A stretch of DNA of 64,000 nucleotides from Candidatus Woykebacteria bacterium RBG_13_40_15 (GCA_001816655.1 MHCP01000015.1:6485-70484); one strand, 5' to 3'. Counted from the stretch's first letter, positions 47,606 through 57,930 are shown. Program-made: numbers and translations. The notes: generated by a model from the sequence alone, not told the origin.

Positions 47606-48880
47606 ATGATTATAAAAAACTTCGATCAGCTTTCAATAAACTCTTTGAGAAACCACGCCTTGCAAATTACAGAAGCAGGTTTCGAGGCAATTGATACGGA
47701 AACGGTCATCAAAGAATCAGTGAAATTAACAAATGGAACTCTCCAGATTAAAGATAGGCAATTTGACCTGAAAAAATTTGAGCATATTTACCTAATTGGG
47801 GTTGGGAAAGTCGCTTTTGCGGCTGGGAAAGCTTTAGAAAAAATGTTGGGTAATTATATAACCGATGGGATAGTTTTAGATGTTCAAGGTGGAAAATTAA
47901 AAAAATTAAAAAGCTTAATTGGTACACACCCCTTGGCTTCCCAAAAAAATGTTTTAGCTACTAAAGAAATAATTTCACTTCTGAAAAAAGCAGGGAGAGA
48001 GGATCTAATTTTGGCAGTTATTTCTGGCGGAAGTAGCGCTCTTTTGTGCGCCCCACATAAAATCTCGTACGAAAAAATCGCTGAAATTTTCGAAGTTATG
48101 ACAGGTACGGGTGCAACTATTGAGGAAATCAATATAGTGAGGAAACATCTTTCCGAAATAAACGGCGGCGATCTTGCGAAGCTGACCTACCCAGCCACCA
48201 TCATCTCACTGATTTTCTCCGACGTGCCGGGTGATGATTTAGACACAATTGGTTCTGGGCCGACTGTTTTAGATAGTTCAACAACGGCGGATGCGCAAGC
48301 ACTAATTGAAAAATACAATGTTTTAAAAGAGGCCAAACTTAGCAAGGTTGAGTTTACGGAAACCCCAAAGAATCCTATTTACTTTGAAAAGGTTGCAAAT
48401 ATTATTGTTGTTAACAGTAAACGCGCCGTAGATGCCATGGCTAAGAAGGCGGCAGAGTTAAATTACAAAGTTAGTATTTTTAGCACACAAGTACAAGGAG
48501 AAGCTTCGGATGCCGGCCAGAAACTTTTGGCTAGCGCTGAGGATAAGACAGCAGTTTTGGCAGCCGGCGAAACTACAGTTTCAATAAAAGGAGATGGAAT
48601 CGGGGGGCGTAATCAACACCTTGTTTTATCGGCCCTGAAGCATCTTAAAGAAGATCAAGTTATTATTTCGGCCGACAGCGACGGGGTTGATCACAGCCGG
48701 TTTGCCGGTGCAATTGGTGATAAAGAGACTGTTAAAAAAGCGATCGGGAAAAAGATTTCAATAGAAAAATACTTGGATAACTTTGACTCATTTAATTTTT
48801 ACCGAGTTGTAGAAGACGGTATCGAGACAGGCCCTTTGGAATCCAACGTGTCTGATTTCATGCTGGTTTTATCTGCCTAG
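47606..48880 (+). CDS. glycerate 2-kinase (MOFRL family)
   Basis: LAAGETTVSIKGDGIGGRNQHLVLSA and VGKVAFAAG motifs of GckA/TtuD-type glycerate kinases. Confidence 0.7.
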   Translation: MIIKNFDQLSINSLRNHALQITEAGFEAIDTETVIKESVKLTNGTLQIKDRQFDLKKFEHIYLIGVGKVAFAAGKALEKMLGNYITDGIVLDVQGGKLKKLKSLIGTHPLASQKNVLATKEIISLLKKAGREDLILAVISGGSSALLCAPHKISYEKIAEIFEVMTGTGATIEEINIVRKHLSEINGGDLAKLTYPATIISLIFSDVPGDDLDTIGSGPTVLDSSTTADAQALIEKYNVLKEAKLSKVEFTETPKNPIYFEKVANIIVVNSKRAVDAMAKKAAELNYKVSIFSTQVQGEASDAGQKLLASAEDKTAVLAAGETTVSIKGDGIGGRNQHLVLSALKHLKEDQVIISADSDGVDHSRFAGAIGDKETVKKAIGKKISIEKYLDNFDSFNFYRVVEDGIETGPLESNVSDFMLVLSA

Positions 48881-48942
48881 AAGCTGACTGTAAGCGTCGA
48901 AATTTGACAAACGAATTCTTGGTTGATAAGATTAATTTGTAG

Positions 48943-50550
48943 ATGGAAACACAGACTGCTCCTGCTCGAAATTGGTTTAAACCATCAATATTAATTCTTC
49001 TTGTAGTTTTACTTCTAGCCTCCCTAGCTTTAGTTGGGATTTACCTCATTAAAAATGCCAATAAAGAACCTAAAGAAAAAGTTCTCACTGGTCTAACCAG
49101 AGATAAAATAACAATTGGCAGTAGTGTTATTGTTTTAGGAGTATTTCCGGAGTCTGCTGCTGAAACTCGGGATATTGATTTTAATAACAATATTTTTGAT
49201 GGACTGACCCGAGTTATAAATGGCGAGGTAAAGGGGGCTCTAGCGACCAGTTGGACCAACCCAGATAAAACCACCTGGCGCTTTACTTTGCGAAAAGGAG
49301 TCAAGTTTCACAACGGCGATCCCTTTACTGCCGCCGATTTAAAATTTAGCATTGATCAGGCTATAGCAAAAGAGTGGCCGGATACCTCGTATTTAATAAC
49401 AATAAAATCGGTTGAAATCGTGGACAACTTTACAGTAGACATTAAAACAGCTAGCCCCGACCCGGTTCTGCTTGCCAGGTTAGCCAATGTTCCTATTGTT
49501 TCCGAAAAACAATACAAAAGTAAAAAGGCAGACGAGCAAGCAGTCGGCACAGGGCCATATAAATTTGTAAGCCTTGATGATAAGGAGGGGGTTTTGGAAG
49601 CTAATGAAAGCTGGTATTTAGGTACCCCAAAAGTAAAGAAAGTTGTCTATAAATTCTACCCCGTAGACACAACCGATGAACAAATGGCTCAGGCGCTACG
49701 CAGGGACGAGGTTGATCTAATTGTTCTTCAGGAGGAAAAGGTAGTCAACTCCCTTAAAAACGATTTCCAAGTAAAATCGTCGACTGGCCTTGAGATAAGG
49801 ATTTTGTGGTTGGATGCGGCCAGAGAAAAAAGTCCGTATGTAGACAAAGTTCCAAACCCACTAAAAAACAAACTGGTAAGACAAGCTATTTATAAGGCGA
49901 TAGATACAAATGAAATAATTAAAGAACAGGGAATTTCTACCGAACCACCCTCACAGTTAGTTACAGAAGGGGTCTTTGGCTACAATCCAAACATAAAAAG
50001 ACCAAAGAAAAGTCTCGAGGAAGCAAGGAATTTAATGGAGCAAGCAGGAATGACTGGTGGATTTAGTATGACTTTGGATACACCAGAAGGAGTAGTGAAA
50101 ACCGCCAATGCGATAGCCAAGAATCTTAAAGAGATAAATATTAATGTTAAAGTCAATCCTATAACAAAAGATACAGGATTTGGAAAAGTTACGAGCGGGG
50201 ATAGTTCTGCTTTTATGTTGAGCTATACAGCGGACATACTTGATTCGGGTGATGTCTTTGCTGATCTTTTGCATACACCCACAAGTAACTTTGGTAGTAG
50301 CAACTTTTTTAGCTACAGTAATAGCGAAATAGACAAGCTAGCAGAGGAGGCATCTTCAATCTTCGAACCAAAGAAAAGGTTACCGAAGTTGCAAGAAGCG
50401 ATGGTAAAGGCCATGGAAGAACTACCGCTCATACCTCTATTTCAACAAAAGACTTTCTGGGTTATTAGAAATAACTTTGATTGGACGCCCACAGCGCTTG
50501 GGGTTATTTCTTCTAATGAAATTTCCGGTCGTGAAGTAACTACCAAATAA
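48943..50550 (+). CDS. ABC transporter substrate-binding protein, family 5 (peptide/nickel type)
   Basis: N-terminal TM/signal anchor. WRFTLRKGVKFHNGDPFTAADLKFS is typical of SBP_bac_5. Confidence 0.65.
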   Translation: METQTAPARNWFKPSILILLVVLLLASLALVGIYLIKNANKEPKEKVLTGLTRDKITIGSSVIVLGVFPESAAETRDIDFNNNIFDGLTRVINGEVKGALATSWTNPDKTTWRFTLRKGVKFHNGDPFTAADLKFSIDQAIAKEWPDTSYLITIKSVEIVDNFTVDIKTASPDPVLLARLANVPIVSEKQYKSKKADEQAVGTGPYKFVSLDDKEGVLEANESWYLGTPKVKKVVYKFYPVDTTDEQMAQALRRDEVDLIVLQEEKVVNSLKNDFQVKSSTGLEIRILWLDAAREKSPYVDKVPNPLKNKLVRQAIYKAIDTNEIIKEQGISTEPPSQLVTEGVFGYNPNIKRPKKSLEEARNLMEQAGMTGGFSMTLDTPEGVVKTANAIAKNLKEININVKVNPITKDTGFGKVTSGDSSAFMLSYTADILDSGDVFADLLHTPTSNFGSSNFFSYSNSEIDKLAEEASSIFEPKKRLPKLQEAMVKAMEELPLIPLFQQKTFWVIRNNFDWTPTALGVISSNEISGREVTTK

Positions 50551-50608
50551 CAGCTCACAAATTTATTTTCCTAGCCCCAGATTTTTGTGTTACACTTAAG
50601 CTAGTTGA

Positions 50609-52099
50609 ATGAAACTTCTGCCACAAACATTATTTAAATCAATAAGGGTAAGGTTTGGTGTAATAATTGCAATTCTACTTCTTTTGGTTTTTGCGCTTTC
50701 TTCCGGTGTATTAATTATTCGTACTATAAATTCTCAAAATAAGACACTAATTACACAAGCCCGAGCTTTTTCTGAATTGTCCTCTCAACCAATTGGCGAT
50801 ACCTACTCACTTTATTACGGTTCGGGGTACCTAAAATTTACTGAGCTGATTGGGAAAATACTAGCTCTAAACCCTGATATAATCAAAGTACAAATAATTT
50901 CGGCAAACGGCGAAATTTTATTCGATTCCACCCAAGTTTCTGCCGATAAGCCTCCCGAAATCAAAAACGAGACAGACAAAGCGGTTATAGAGAAAGTTAA
51001 ATTAAACGAGGAAAGTGAAATACCAGCCCGTACGGAAGGGTCAAAACCAACCCAAATAATCCAACCCTATTTTGAGGACTTTGGCGCCCACCCTTTTTCA
51101 ATCCGTTACTTTATTTCTTATGATTCCGTAACCCAAAACATGGCAGCTATCATTACCACCTCAGCCCTGCTTTCGGCGGGGTTTCTTATTGGAGCAATTA
51201 TTCTAATTTTTATTGTCGTTGGTCGGACTATTATTAATCCGATGGAAACAGTAATCAAAGGGGCCCGTCTAATTCAGGGAGGCGATTTTTCGCACAACAT
51301 TGAGGTTAAAAATAAGGATGAAATTGGGGATTTAGCAGCGGCAGTAAACCAAATGGCGCAAACACTAAAGAGGAATATTGAATCGCTCCGAGAACTTGAT
51401 AAATTAAAGGACGAATTTGTCTTCTTAGCCTCTCATAATTTGAGAACGCCAATCACGGTTATAAAAGGCTACATTGGGCTACTTCAAAGAGATAAATCCC
51501 TCGGAGCAAAAGCTAAAAATAGGCTTGAAAAAATGCAAGCTAGTACAAAAGAGCTGCAACTACTCGCAGAATCATTGCTTAATTTAGCTTCCTTGGAGTA
51601 TAAAGATAAGGAACTTTTAATATCGGACGTAGATCTGGTGGAGCTAGTTGAAGAAATAACTGAAGAGTTTGGTAAAGAAGTGGGTGAAAAAAGAATTAGT
51701 TATATTTTGGAATTCCCATCAACCCCGCCTTCCAAAATAGCAGCCGACAAAGAGAGAATAAAGCAGGCGTTGGGAAATTTAATTGATAACGCAATTAAAT
51801 TTAATAGAGACGGGGGGAAGGTAATAATCAAACTAGAAGAAAAAGACAAAGATTTGATCCTCTCAATAGAAGATACTGGTGTTGGAATTTCTAAAGAAGA
51901 AAGTGAGCATATTTTTCAGAAGTTCCATCGAGCGACTAGCGTACTCAATTATAACTACGAGGGTATTGGGGTGGGACTCTATATAACTAGGTTGATTATA
52001 GAAGCCCATCAAGGTAAAGTCTGGTTCGAATCTAAACTTGGAGAGGGAACCACGTTTTTTGTTAAGCTACCAGTTAAGGCAGAACACTCAGTGGGTTAA
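50609..52099 (+). CDS. sensor histidine kinase (TM, HAMP, HisKA, HATPase_c)
   Basis: H-box ASHNLRTPITVIKGY, N-box LGNLIDNAIKFN, G-boxes DTGVGI and GIGVGL. Confidence 0.85.
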   Translation: MKLLPQTLFKSIRVRFGVIIAILLLLVFALSSGVLIIRTINSQNKTLITQARAFSELSSQPIGDTYSLYYGSGYLKFTELIGKILALNPDIIKVQIISANGEILFDSTQVSADKPPEIKNETDKAVIEKVKLNEESEIPARTEGSKPTQIIQPYFEDFGAHPFSIRYFISYDSVTQNMAAIITTSALLSAGFLIGAIILIFIVVGRTIINPMETVIKGARLIQGGDFSHNIEVKNKDEIGDLAAAVNQMAQTLKRNIESLRELDKLKDEFVFLASHNLRTPITVIKGYIGLLQRDKSLGAKAKNRLEKMQASTKELQLLAESLLNLASLEYKDKELLISDVDLVELVEEITEEFGKEVGEKRISYILEFPSTPPSKIAADKERIKQALGNLIDNAIKFNRDGGKVIIKLEEKDKDLILSIEDTGVGISKEESEHIFQKFHRATSVLNYNYEGIGVGLYITRLIIEAHQGKVWFESKLGEGTTFFVKLPVKAEHSVG

Positions 52100-52895
52100 T
52101 GGCAAGACCATCTTTATAGACCTCAAAGTGGAGGTGAGGACCAGTAGTCACACCTGTATCTCCAATAAAACCAATTATTGCATCGCTACCTACGCTTTCC
52201 CCGACCCGAACATTAATTCCAGAAAGATGTGCATACTTGGAGTCAAAACCATTTACACTTTGAATAATAATAGTATTGCCAAAACCATGGCTGTTCCAAC
52301 CAGCAAATACCACCTTTCCCTTGGCGAGAGGCTTTATGGGGGCACCGTGCGGGGCTGTGATATCTATACCCCGGTGGTAAGAAGAGAAGAGGCTCGTTAT
52401 ACCACCGCGAATGGGCCATGTAAAAATAGGGTGTTCTTTAGCAACTACTTGCGTAGATATAGTAAGCTTTTCTATTTTAGGCGTAACTGCAAGCTGGTTT
52501 CCAGCCACAACAGTGTCTGGCCTTTGATTAAAGCCAACAAGTAAAAATATTAACCCAAGTACTACGATTGTCCTAAAGGCAAATGTAGGAACAGCTTTTC
52601 TAAATGTTTGCCAAAGGAAAAGTACCTCGGTTAAAACACTCAAAGCGTCAATAATAATAGCTTCCGGGGTAAACCAGACGATATTGCCACGCAAGGCACC
52701 AGTTCCAGCAGCTGCGTGGGAGAATTGTACATTTCGCAGGGGCAGAGCGCGCCTTGTACCAAAAGGCACATAGGTGGTTCTGTTTAACATAATCCCCGCC
52801 AGCAACTGCGTAGCTGTGGGCGGGGTAGAAACAAAAAATCTCCCATATTTTTGGGAGACGCGGCGTATTCTAACAGAAAGGACAAGTAGTGTCAA
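52074..52895 (-). CDS. M23 family metallopeptidase
   Basis: HRGIDITAPHGAPI (HxxxD) and GDTGVTTGPHLHFEV (HxH). Confidence 0.8.
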   Translation of the reverse strand: MTLLVLSVRIRRVSQKYGRFFVSTPPTATQLLAGIMLNRTTYVPFGTRRALPLRNVQFSHAAAGTGALRGNIVWFTPEAIIIDALSVLTEVLFLWQTFRKAVPTFAFRTIVVLGLIFLLVGFNQRPDTVVAGNQLAVTPKIEKLTISTQVVAKEHPIFTWPIRGGITSLFSSYHRGIDITAPHGAPIKPLAKGKVVFAGWNSHGFGNTIIIQSVNGFDSKYAHLSGINVRVGESVGSDAIIGFIGDTGVTTGPHLHFEVYKDGLAINPLSVLP

Positions 52896-52956
52896 GTTAT
52901 AGGGGTGCGTAATTAGAGTTTTTGTAGGTTATATGATATACTTTGGCCTCGTATAA

Positions 52957-53030
52957 GGCGTGGTGGTCGAGTGGTTAGACACGGGTCTGCAAAACCTGTC
53001 ACAGCGGTTCGAATCCGCTCCACGCCTCCA
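52957..53030 (+). tRNA. tRNA-Cys (anticodon GCA)
   Basis: GGCGTGG acceptor. Anticodon stem-loop CGGGT-CTGCAAA-ACCTG. T-arm GCGGTTCGAATCCGC. 3' end CCACGCC-T-CCA. Confidence 0.85.
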
Positions 53031-53050
53031 AAGCCCGGGCTAATAAATAT

Positions 53051-53079
53051 CCTCTAGTAATTGACATAGTGTTATTTTT
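53051..53079 (+). promoter_or_regulatory. consensus sigma70-type promoter (TTGACA-17 nt-TATAAT)
   Basis: TTGACA at 53051-53056 and TATAAT at 53074-53079 with an exact 17-nt spacer. Drives a roughly 300-nt leader before the first island 3 ORF. Confidence 0.6.
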
Positions 53080-53390
53080 CTGGTATAATACAACTTGTTC
53101 TTTGAAATATTAGAAAAGTTACAGGTCTCGAAAGGCATCTAGTAACTGGTAATAATTGTATTTGTAACTGTCACTGTTAAAAACCTTGAAGTAAATGCAC
53201 ATTAAAACCAGTTACCAGGTGCCTTTATTGTGCCGCGGAGCTTTATGCGAAGTGGCATTGGTACCAGTACCTTGAAAATTACTCCTTACAAACTCTCCTT
53301 CACTTGGGCTCGCTCATATTGTTCTTAAATTTATTTTGAGAACAGTTAGAGCGGCTTGCTCAAGCATTACAATACGAAGGAGGTTGTGAC

Positions 53391-53831
53391 GTGACAGCCC
53401 GTCTAGTCAAAGGCGTGTACGGTACGTATCTGGCCCCTTTTGAAGGCCCCTTCGGCCTTCGCTATGGGCAACGCAGGAAGTGGTACATCCACAACAATGC
53501 TGGGTGGTACAATTCTGAAGGCGAGAAGTTAGGATGGGGCGATCTCAACATTGAGGATATTCAACGAATCGCTTCGGAGCTCCTGCCCGGCGAGGTGTTC
53601 ATCATCCTCAGTGAGCAGGACACTTCCTGGCAGCACGACCGAATGGATGCTCCCGGGATCGAGTACTGTGCTTTCAAATGCCACTGTATTATCCTTCCAG
53701 GGAAGGTATACAAGGTGGTGGGGCATGAATACGAAACCGCGGACGAGGACGTGGAGGATCAAGGGCTCGCCGTAACCCTAGTTTCTCGCTCTCGTGCAAG
53801 GGAGCTTCTCAGCCAGCCTACCAACGCCTAG
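53391..53831 (+). CDS. hypothetical protein (146 aa), GC-rich island 3
   Basis: GTG start preceded by GAAGGAGG. GC-rich codon usage unlike the host. No recognisable motif. Confidence 0.5.
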   Translation: MTARLVKGVYGTYLAPFEGPFGLRYGQRRKWYIHNNAGWYNSEGEKLGWGDLNIEDIQRIASELLPGEVFIILSEQDTSWQHDRMDAPGIEYCAFKCHCIILPGKVYKVVGHEYETADEDVEDQGLAVTLVSRSRARELLSQPTNA

Positions 53832-53945
53832 ACAACAGCAAGGAGTAAGCGATGTGTAGTCCAAATCAAGCAGCGATGTTTGAAGAGGCACAAGTACCAT
53901 CGTAAACTTCTTAAGGAAATCATGGTTCGATAAACTCACCACAAG

Positions 53946-54401
53946 TTGGTTTTCTTAGGAGAGATCATGAACAACGTGAGTTCGTGGTCTGTAGTCAAGG
54001 AGGGAGAGATGAGTACCTTAGAAGCGCAGTTAATGGACGCTACCTTCGATTGGCGTCACCGCATACTACACCACCGTGATGGAACGTGCGGCGCCTCGGC
54101 GCGTGACCTGGAGACCGGCTCGCTTTATTGCCCTGCCGAGGCGTCCAGGGCACCGCCTGATCGGATCATCAAGGAGGCGGGCAGGGAGTACACAGAGCCA
54201 CTCCCTTGCCTCACCAGAATCCTCGTTCGGCTCGCTCGTTTAGATGCCGAAGCGAGGATATTTGCCACCGGCTTCCTCAGCTTCTGCGAGAATGCCGGAG
54301 TTCCCAAGGTCGCAGCGGAGGCTATCTGGGAAGCCGCAGTTCAGCAGACCGAGGATTATCTTGCTAGGTCAAAGAGCCTCGACGAGCTTAACGCCGAGTA
54401 A
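53946..54401 (+). CDS. hypothetical protein, GC-rich island 3 (likely start ATG 53967)
   Basis: AGGAG RBS at 53956-53960 and ATG at 53967. No recognisable motif. Confidence 0.5.
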   Translation: MVFLGEIMNNVSSWSVVKEGEMSTLEAQLMDATFDWRHRILHHRDGTCGASARDLETGSLYCPAEASRAPPDRIIKEAGREYTEPLPCLTRILVRLARLDAEARIFATGFLSFCENAGVPKVAAEAIWEAAVQQTEDYLARSKSLDELNAE

Positions 54402-54658
54402 GATCGTCCGTCTTCCTAGCGATTACGGACACGGCTACGGTTTGGCGGTTTCGGCAAAGGCATTGCCTTGTCTCTTCCGCCATGTCGTGACGAACGGCAA
54501 AAACAAAAAGTTGGTCAGGCAAAACCGTTCTACCTGGCCGTAAAAACAACGGTGCGAAGGCCTCTTGAGGCATGCGTGGGAAGGAGCAGACATATGCAAT
54601 GTTTGTTTCCTTCCCTTCCCTGAGCAAATCAAGAAATTGGTTTTCTTAGGAGGAGACG

Positions 54659-54684
54659 CGACCTGAAAGGGTCGTTTTTCTTTT
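54659..54684 (+). terminator. putative Rho-independent terminator (CGACC-TGAAAG-GGTCG then TTTTTCTTTT)
   Basis: Short GC stem followed by a T-run. Lies within a roughly 360-nt non-coding stretch. Confidence 0.35.
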
Positions 54685-54766
54685 CCGAGGAGTTTGCAAG
54701 GCCCGTCCTTGCAGCTTCGACACAACCATTTCCCATTTTAATTCTTTGTGTTAAAATTACTCCGCC

Positions 54767-55015
54767 ATGGAAAAAGTCCAAAAGATCAAGGTTTTAAAAT
54801 ACACCGCCATTTTTGAACCAGATAAAGAAACTGGCGGTTACACTGTAACTATCCCAGCGTTACCTGGCTGTATTTCCGAGGGCGATACTTTTGAAGAGGC
54901 GTTAAAAAATATTAAAGAAGCAGCTGAGCTTTACCTGGAAGTTTTGAAAGAAGAGAAAGAGGAAATACCAGTCGAAGAAAACCCCGTCGTGGCGCCAATT
55001 GAAGTTAGAGTATGA
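54767..55015 (+). CDS. hicB: HicB-family antitoxin
   Basis: KYTAIFEPDKETGGYTVTIPALPGCISEGDTFEEALKNIKEA is the UPF0150/HicB RNase-H-like fold signature. Confidence 0.75.
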   Translation: MEKVQKIKVLKYTAIFEPDKETGGYTVTIPALPGCISEGDTFEEALKNIKEAAELYLEVLKEEKEEIPVEENPVVAPIEVRV

Positions 55016-55230
55016 CCAAACTCCCTGCTGTAAAACCAAAGGAACTAGAAAGGGTTTTATTAAAAGCCGGTTTTAAATTTGTCCGTCAAAAGGGAAGCCA
55101 CAGAATGTACGTCAGAGGAATTTATAAGGTTGTCGTTCCCTACCACAACAAAGATCTAAAGAGTGGCACCCTGAGAAATATCCTTAAGCAAGCCAACCTT
55201 CCTCCGACACAATTATCCAAAATTCTTTAG
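55012..55230 (+). CDS. hicA: HicA-family mRNA interferase toxin
   Basis: PKELERVLLKAGFKFVRQKGSHRMY is the YcfA/HicA signature with catalytic His. Overlaps the hicB stop by 4 nt. Confidence 0.75.
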   Translation: MTKLPAVKPKELERVLLKAGFKFVRQKGSHRMYVRGIYKVVVPYHNKDLKSGTLRNILKQANLPPTQLSKIL

Positions 55231-56360
55231 AGTTTTTTGGCGTATTGGGAGGAGATCCAACCTTCTTTTGCGGCCTTTATTTTATACCAGCCAGAAGTAT
55301 CCTCTAGCAGTTTATATTTTTCCCCGGGGGAGACTTGGCCAATTATTGCATAAGCGGTCCCCGGCCCATTTCGGACATTCAATATTCCGGTTGGTGTTTG
55401 GAGTATTTCAACACTAGACGTTGTTGCGGTTGTTTCGGCCGGTTGATAATTTTTTGCTAGATTTTCGAAAGCTTTCTTTGCTGCTCCTGTAGTTTCTTGT
55501 CCATCTGCTTTTAAAAAGCCGATTGTAGAGGCTTTGGCGGCCTTAATCTTAGCCTCGGATTTTTTATTCTGAAAGTAGGTTTTACCGTTTTGATCAATTA
55601 GCGCGTCAAACCCCATTTGTTTAGTTTTAGCATAGAAAAATACTCCTTCCGCCCAAATCTCAGGTTTGTCAATTAAGGAGGTGTGACTTGCTGATATTGC
55701 GATTTCGTAGGAATTAATTTGCCCCTCTTGCAATTTTGCTATCTCAGAAAAAGGATTTTCCGACAAAAATACTTCGACTATCAATCTAGAACCAGATTCG
55801 ATATTGATTTCCATCTCTCTAGTGTAAAAACCACTTTTTCCAACCCTCAACTTATGAATACCCCGGTTTGGGTCTATTGATACCGCCCCACGCCCCACAA
55901 GTTCTCCGTCAAGCCAAATGTCGGATTTAGCCGACGTCGTAATTATGGAAAGACCACCCCCTGCCTGGAAGGAACGAACGTCTCCCGCAGAAAAAGCCCC
56001 ATTCGGTCCAAAATCGAAGTTTATTGCGGTAATATTTTGGGCCGTCAAGCTGATCTTTTTTGAAAAAACCACCTTTTTATTATCAAGGCTAGATATTTCA
56101 CTTTCCAGCCGTAGAGTATGGCTCCCCACTCGCAAATTTTTCTTGAGAAGTGGGGTAGTACCGATCAATTTTTCATCCAGAAAAACCTTGCTAGTAAAGT
56201 TTGGTGTTTCCACCTTCAATATCGAATTGGAGCTTTTGAAAAATTGAAAAGCCAGCCCAAAGATAATAATTAGGATTATTATTGCGATTAGTGAAAGAAG
56301 GATCTTTAGAAACCTCATAAAGCATCTATAAAAATAACACAAAGAAAACGCTTTACACAA
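55227..56360 (-). CDS. PEGA-domain protein with C-terminal bacterial SH3 domain
   Basis: N-terminal TM helix, PEGA-like beta repeats, and C-terminal NVRNGPGTAYAIIGQVSPGEKYKLLEDTSGWYKI (SH3b). Confidence 0.55.
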   Translation of the reverse strand: MCKAFSLCYFYRCFMRFLKILLSLIAIIILIIIFGLAFQFFKSSNSILKVETPNFTSKVFLDEKLIGTTPLLKKNLRVGSHTLRLESEISSLDNKKVVFSKKISLTAQNITAINFDFGPNGAFSAGDVRSFQAGGGLSIITTSAKSDIWLDGELVGRGAVSIDPNRGIHKLRVGKSGFYTREMEINIESGSRLIVEVFLSENPFSEIAKLQEGQINSYEIAISASHTSLIDKPEIWAEGVFFYAKTKQMGFDALIDQNGKTYFQNKKSEAKIKAAKASTIGFLKADGQETTGAAKKAFENLAKNYQPAETTATTSSVEILQTPTGILNVRNGPGTAYAIIGQVSPGEKYKLLEDTSGWYKIKAAKEGWISSQYAKKL

Positions 56361-56384
56361 TAATTTTTAATTCTTGCAGAGTTC

Positions 56385-56930
56385 TTGCAGCTAGTGTTAA
56401 ATTGTAGTGTGAGACAATTTTCTGCCATAAAACTAGCGGACGAACTCATCCTTCCTCTTGTAATTATTGTAATGACTAGGTACTTGAGCGTTTTTTTGGC
56501 GGCTTTACTGGCCCCATTAAATTTCTCAATTGGAGTTTCTAGCAGCTTTCACACCCTCTTATTTTTGAGTTTTTCTGACAAAAACCAAGCGGTATTAGCT
56601 AATTTTATTTCGTGGATGGCTGTTGCTACGGTTTTGGCAATGTATTTTGGCTTTGTCCTTTTTCGGGGCCTCCATACTGCCTCGGAGCAGCTACATCCCA
56701 AATATGCGCAGGACCTTCACAAGAGAAATCTTGATTTTCTGGTTATTGACCAAAATGAGACAAGGCATCAAACAATCGGTTGGCTAGCAATCGTGGTGTT
56801 GGTATCCTGCCTTATGCTGTATGATTTTTTAAGTGTAGGATTGCCGGCTTTTTCCTTGGGCTACTTCCTTGGGTTAGCAGCCTTGCTAATAGGGATTTCT
56901 TATCCGGTCTTTTACAGAGGCAAAAATTGA
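56385..56930 (+). CDS. hypothetical polytopic membrane protein
   Basis: 181 aa with 4-5 TM helices. Confidence 0.3.
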   Translation: MQLVLNCSVRQFSAIKLADELILPLVIIVMTRYLSVFLAALLAPLNFSIGVSSSFHTLLFLSFSDKNQAVLANFISWMAVATVLAMYFGFVLFRGLHTASEQLHPKYAQDLHKRNLDFLVIDQNETRHQTIGWLAIVVLVSCLMLYDFLSVGLPAFSLGYFLGLAALLIGISYPVFYRGKN

Positions 56931-57000
56931 AGCCCCGTAGGCTAAAAGGTAACGGAGTTGTCTTTAAGTTTTCCAAACGCTCTGCTTGTCACGGGGCGGA

Positions 57001-57930
57001 TTAAATGTTGGATGCGTAGAGGAAAAAGATAACAGAAAAAAACCAAAGAAAAACTGTAAAGAAAAGAGGTTTGTCCGAGATCAAAATTTTTTCAGGAGAT
57101 TCCCCCTCACTTTTTTCAAAAATGAGATACAAATAACGAAAAACCCCGTAGGCTACGATGGGTATAGTTGCCATCAAAAGTTTTGATGAGGAGAGGGTTT
57201 GTGGTAAGACGCTCGCATAAAAGACATTCCCACCAATCTCAGGGGAATTAAAAGTAAATAAGCTATATGTAATCAAAATTGCCGTTGCCATCATAAAAAC
57301 TAACCCGTCTAAAAGCTGCTGGGGGTAAAACAAAAGTGTTTTTCGGTGCTGACCCCCCTGTTGCTTTGTAAGAAGGGTAAATTCGCTTCTTCTTTTGCCC
57401 ACACTAAGAAAAAGAGCGAACATCATAGTTGTTATAATAAGCCAAGATGAAAGAGGTGTAAGGACCACAATAGAGCCAGCAAAAATCCGTAGCATAAAAG
57501 TAAAGGAAATTGCGATAACATCCAAAATAATAATTTCTTTGAGTATAAATGTGTAAAAAAGCTGAATTACCAAGTAGATTGCGATTAGGGGTACAAGATA
57601 TGGAGAAATAAAAGTTGAGGAAATCAGAGCAACTGATGCTAGAAATAATGCAACAATTGCAGCTGTTCTGACAGATAGGTTGCCGGCGGCTATTGGACGA
57701 TCTTTTTTTGAAAAGTGAAGTTTATCCCTGTTCCTATCAGCAATATCATTTATTAGGTACATTGAAGAAGAAGCGGCACAGAAAATTAGAAAGGTATAAA
57801 AAACAGGAGTAAATTTACTTAATATAAAAAGCTCCTTGGAGAAAAGAATCGCTGCAAAAACAACTAAGTTTTTAATCCACTGCCTGGGTCTTAAAGAGAC
57901 AAAGACTTCTAATGTTAAATCTTTAAACAT
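57001..57930 (-). CDS. UbiA-family prenyl/phosphoribosyl transferase (decaprenyl-phosphate phosphoribosyltransferase-like)
   Basis: NDIADRNRD (NDxxDxxxD) motif and 8-9 TM helices. Confidence 0.65.
   Translation of the reverse strand: MFKDLTLEVFVSLRPRQWIKNLVVFAAILFSKELFILSKFTPVFYTFLIFCAASSSMYLINDIADRNRDKLHFSKKDRPIAAGNLSVRTAAIVALFLASVALISSTFISPYLVPLIAIYLVIQLFYTFILKEIIILDVIAISFTFMLRIFAGSIVVLTPLSSWLIITTMMFALFLSVGKRRSEFTLLTKQQGGQHRKTLLFYPQQLLDGLVFMMATAILITYSLFTFNSPEIGGNVFYASVLPQTLSSSKLLMATIPIVAYGVFRYLYLIFEKSEGESPEKILISDKPLFFTVFLWFFSVIFFLYASNI

Noticed and set aside
53299-53310. ACTTGGGCT 9-mer in island 3 matching the retron a1 repeat, and GGGCTCGCT matching the island 2 hairpin stem
   Set aside because: A 9-mer match is expected by chance about once in two 64-kb windows. 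No partner inverted repeat or hairpin context is present here.
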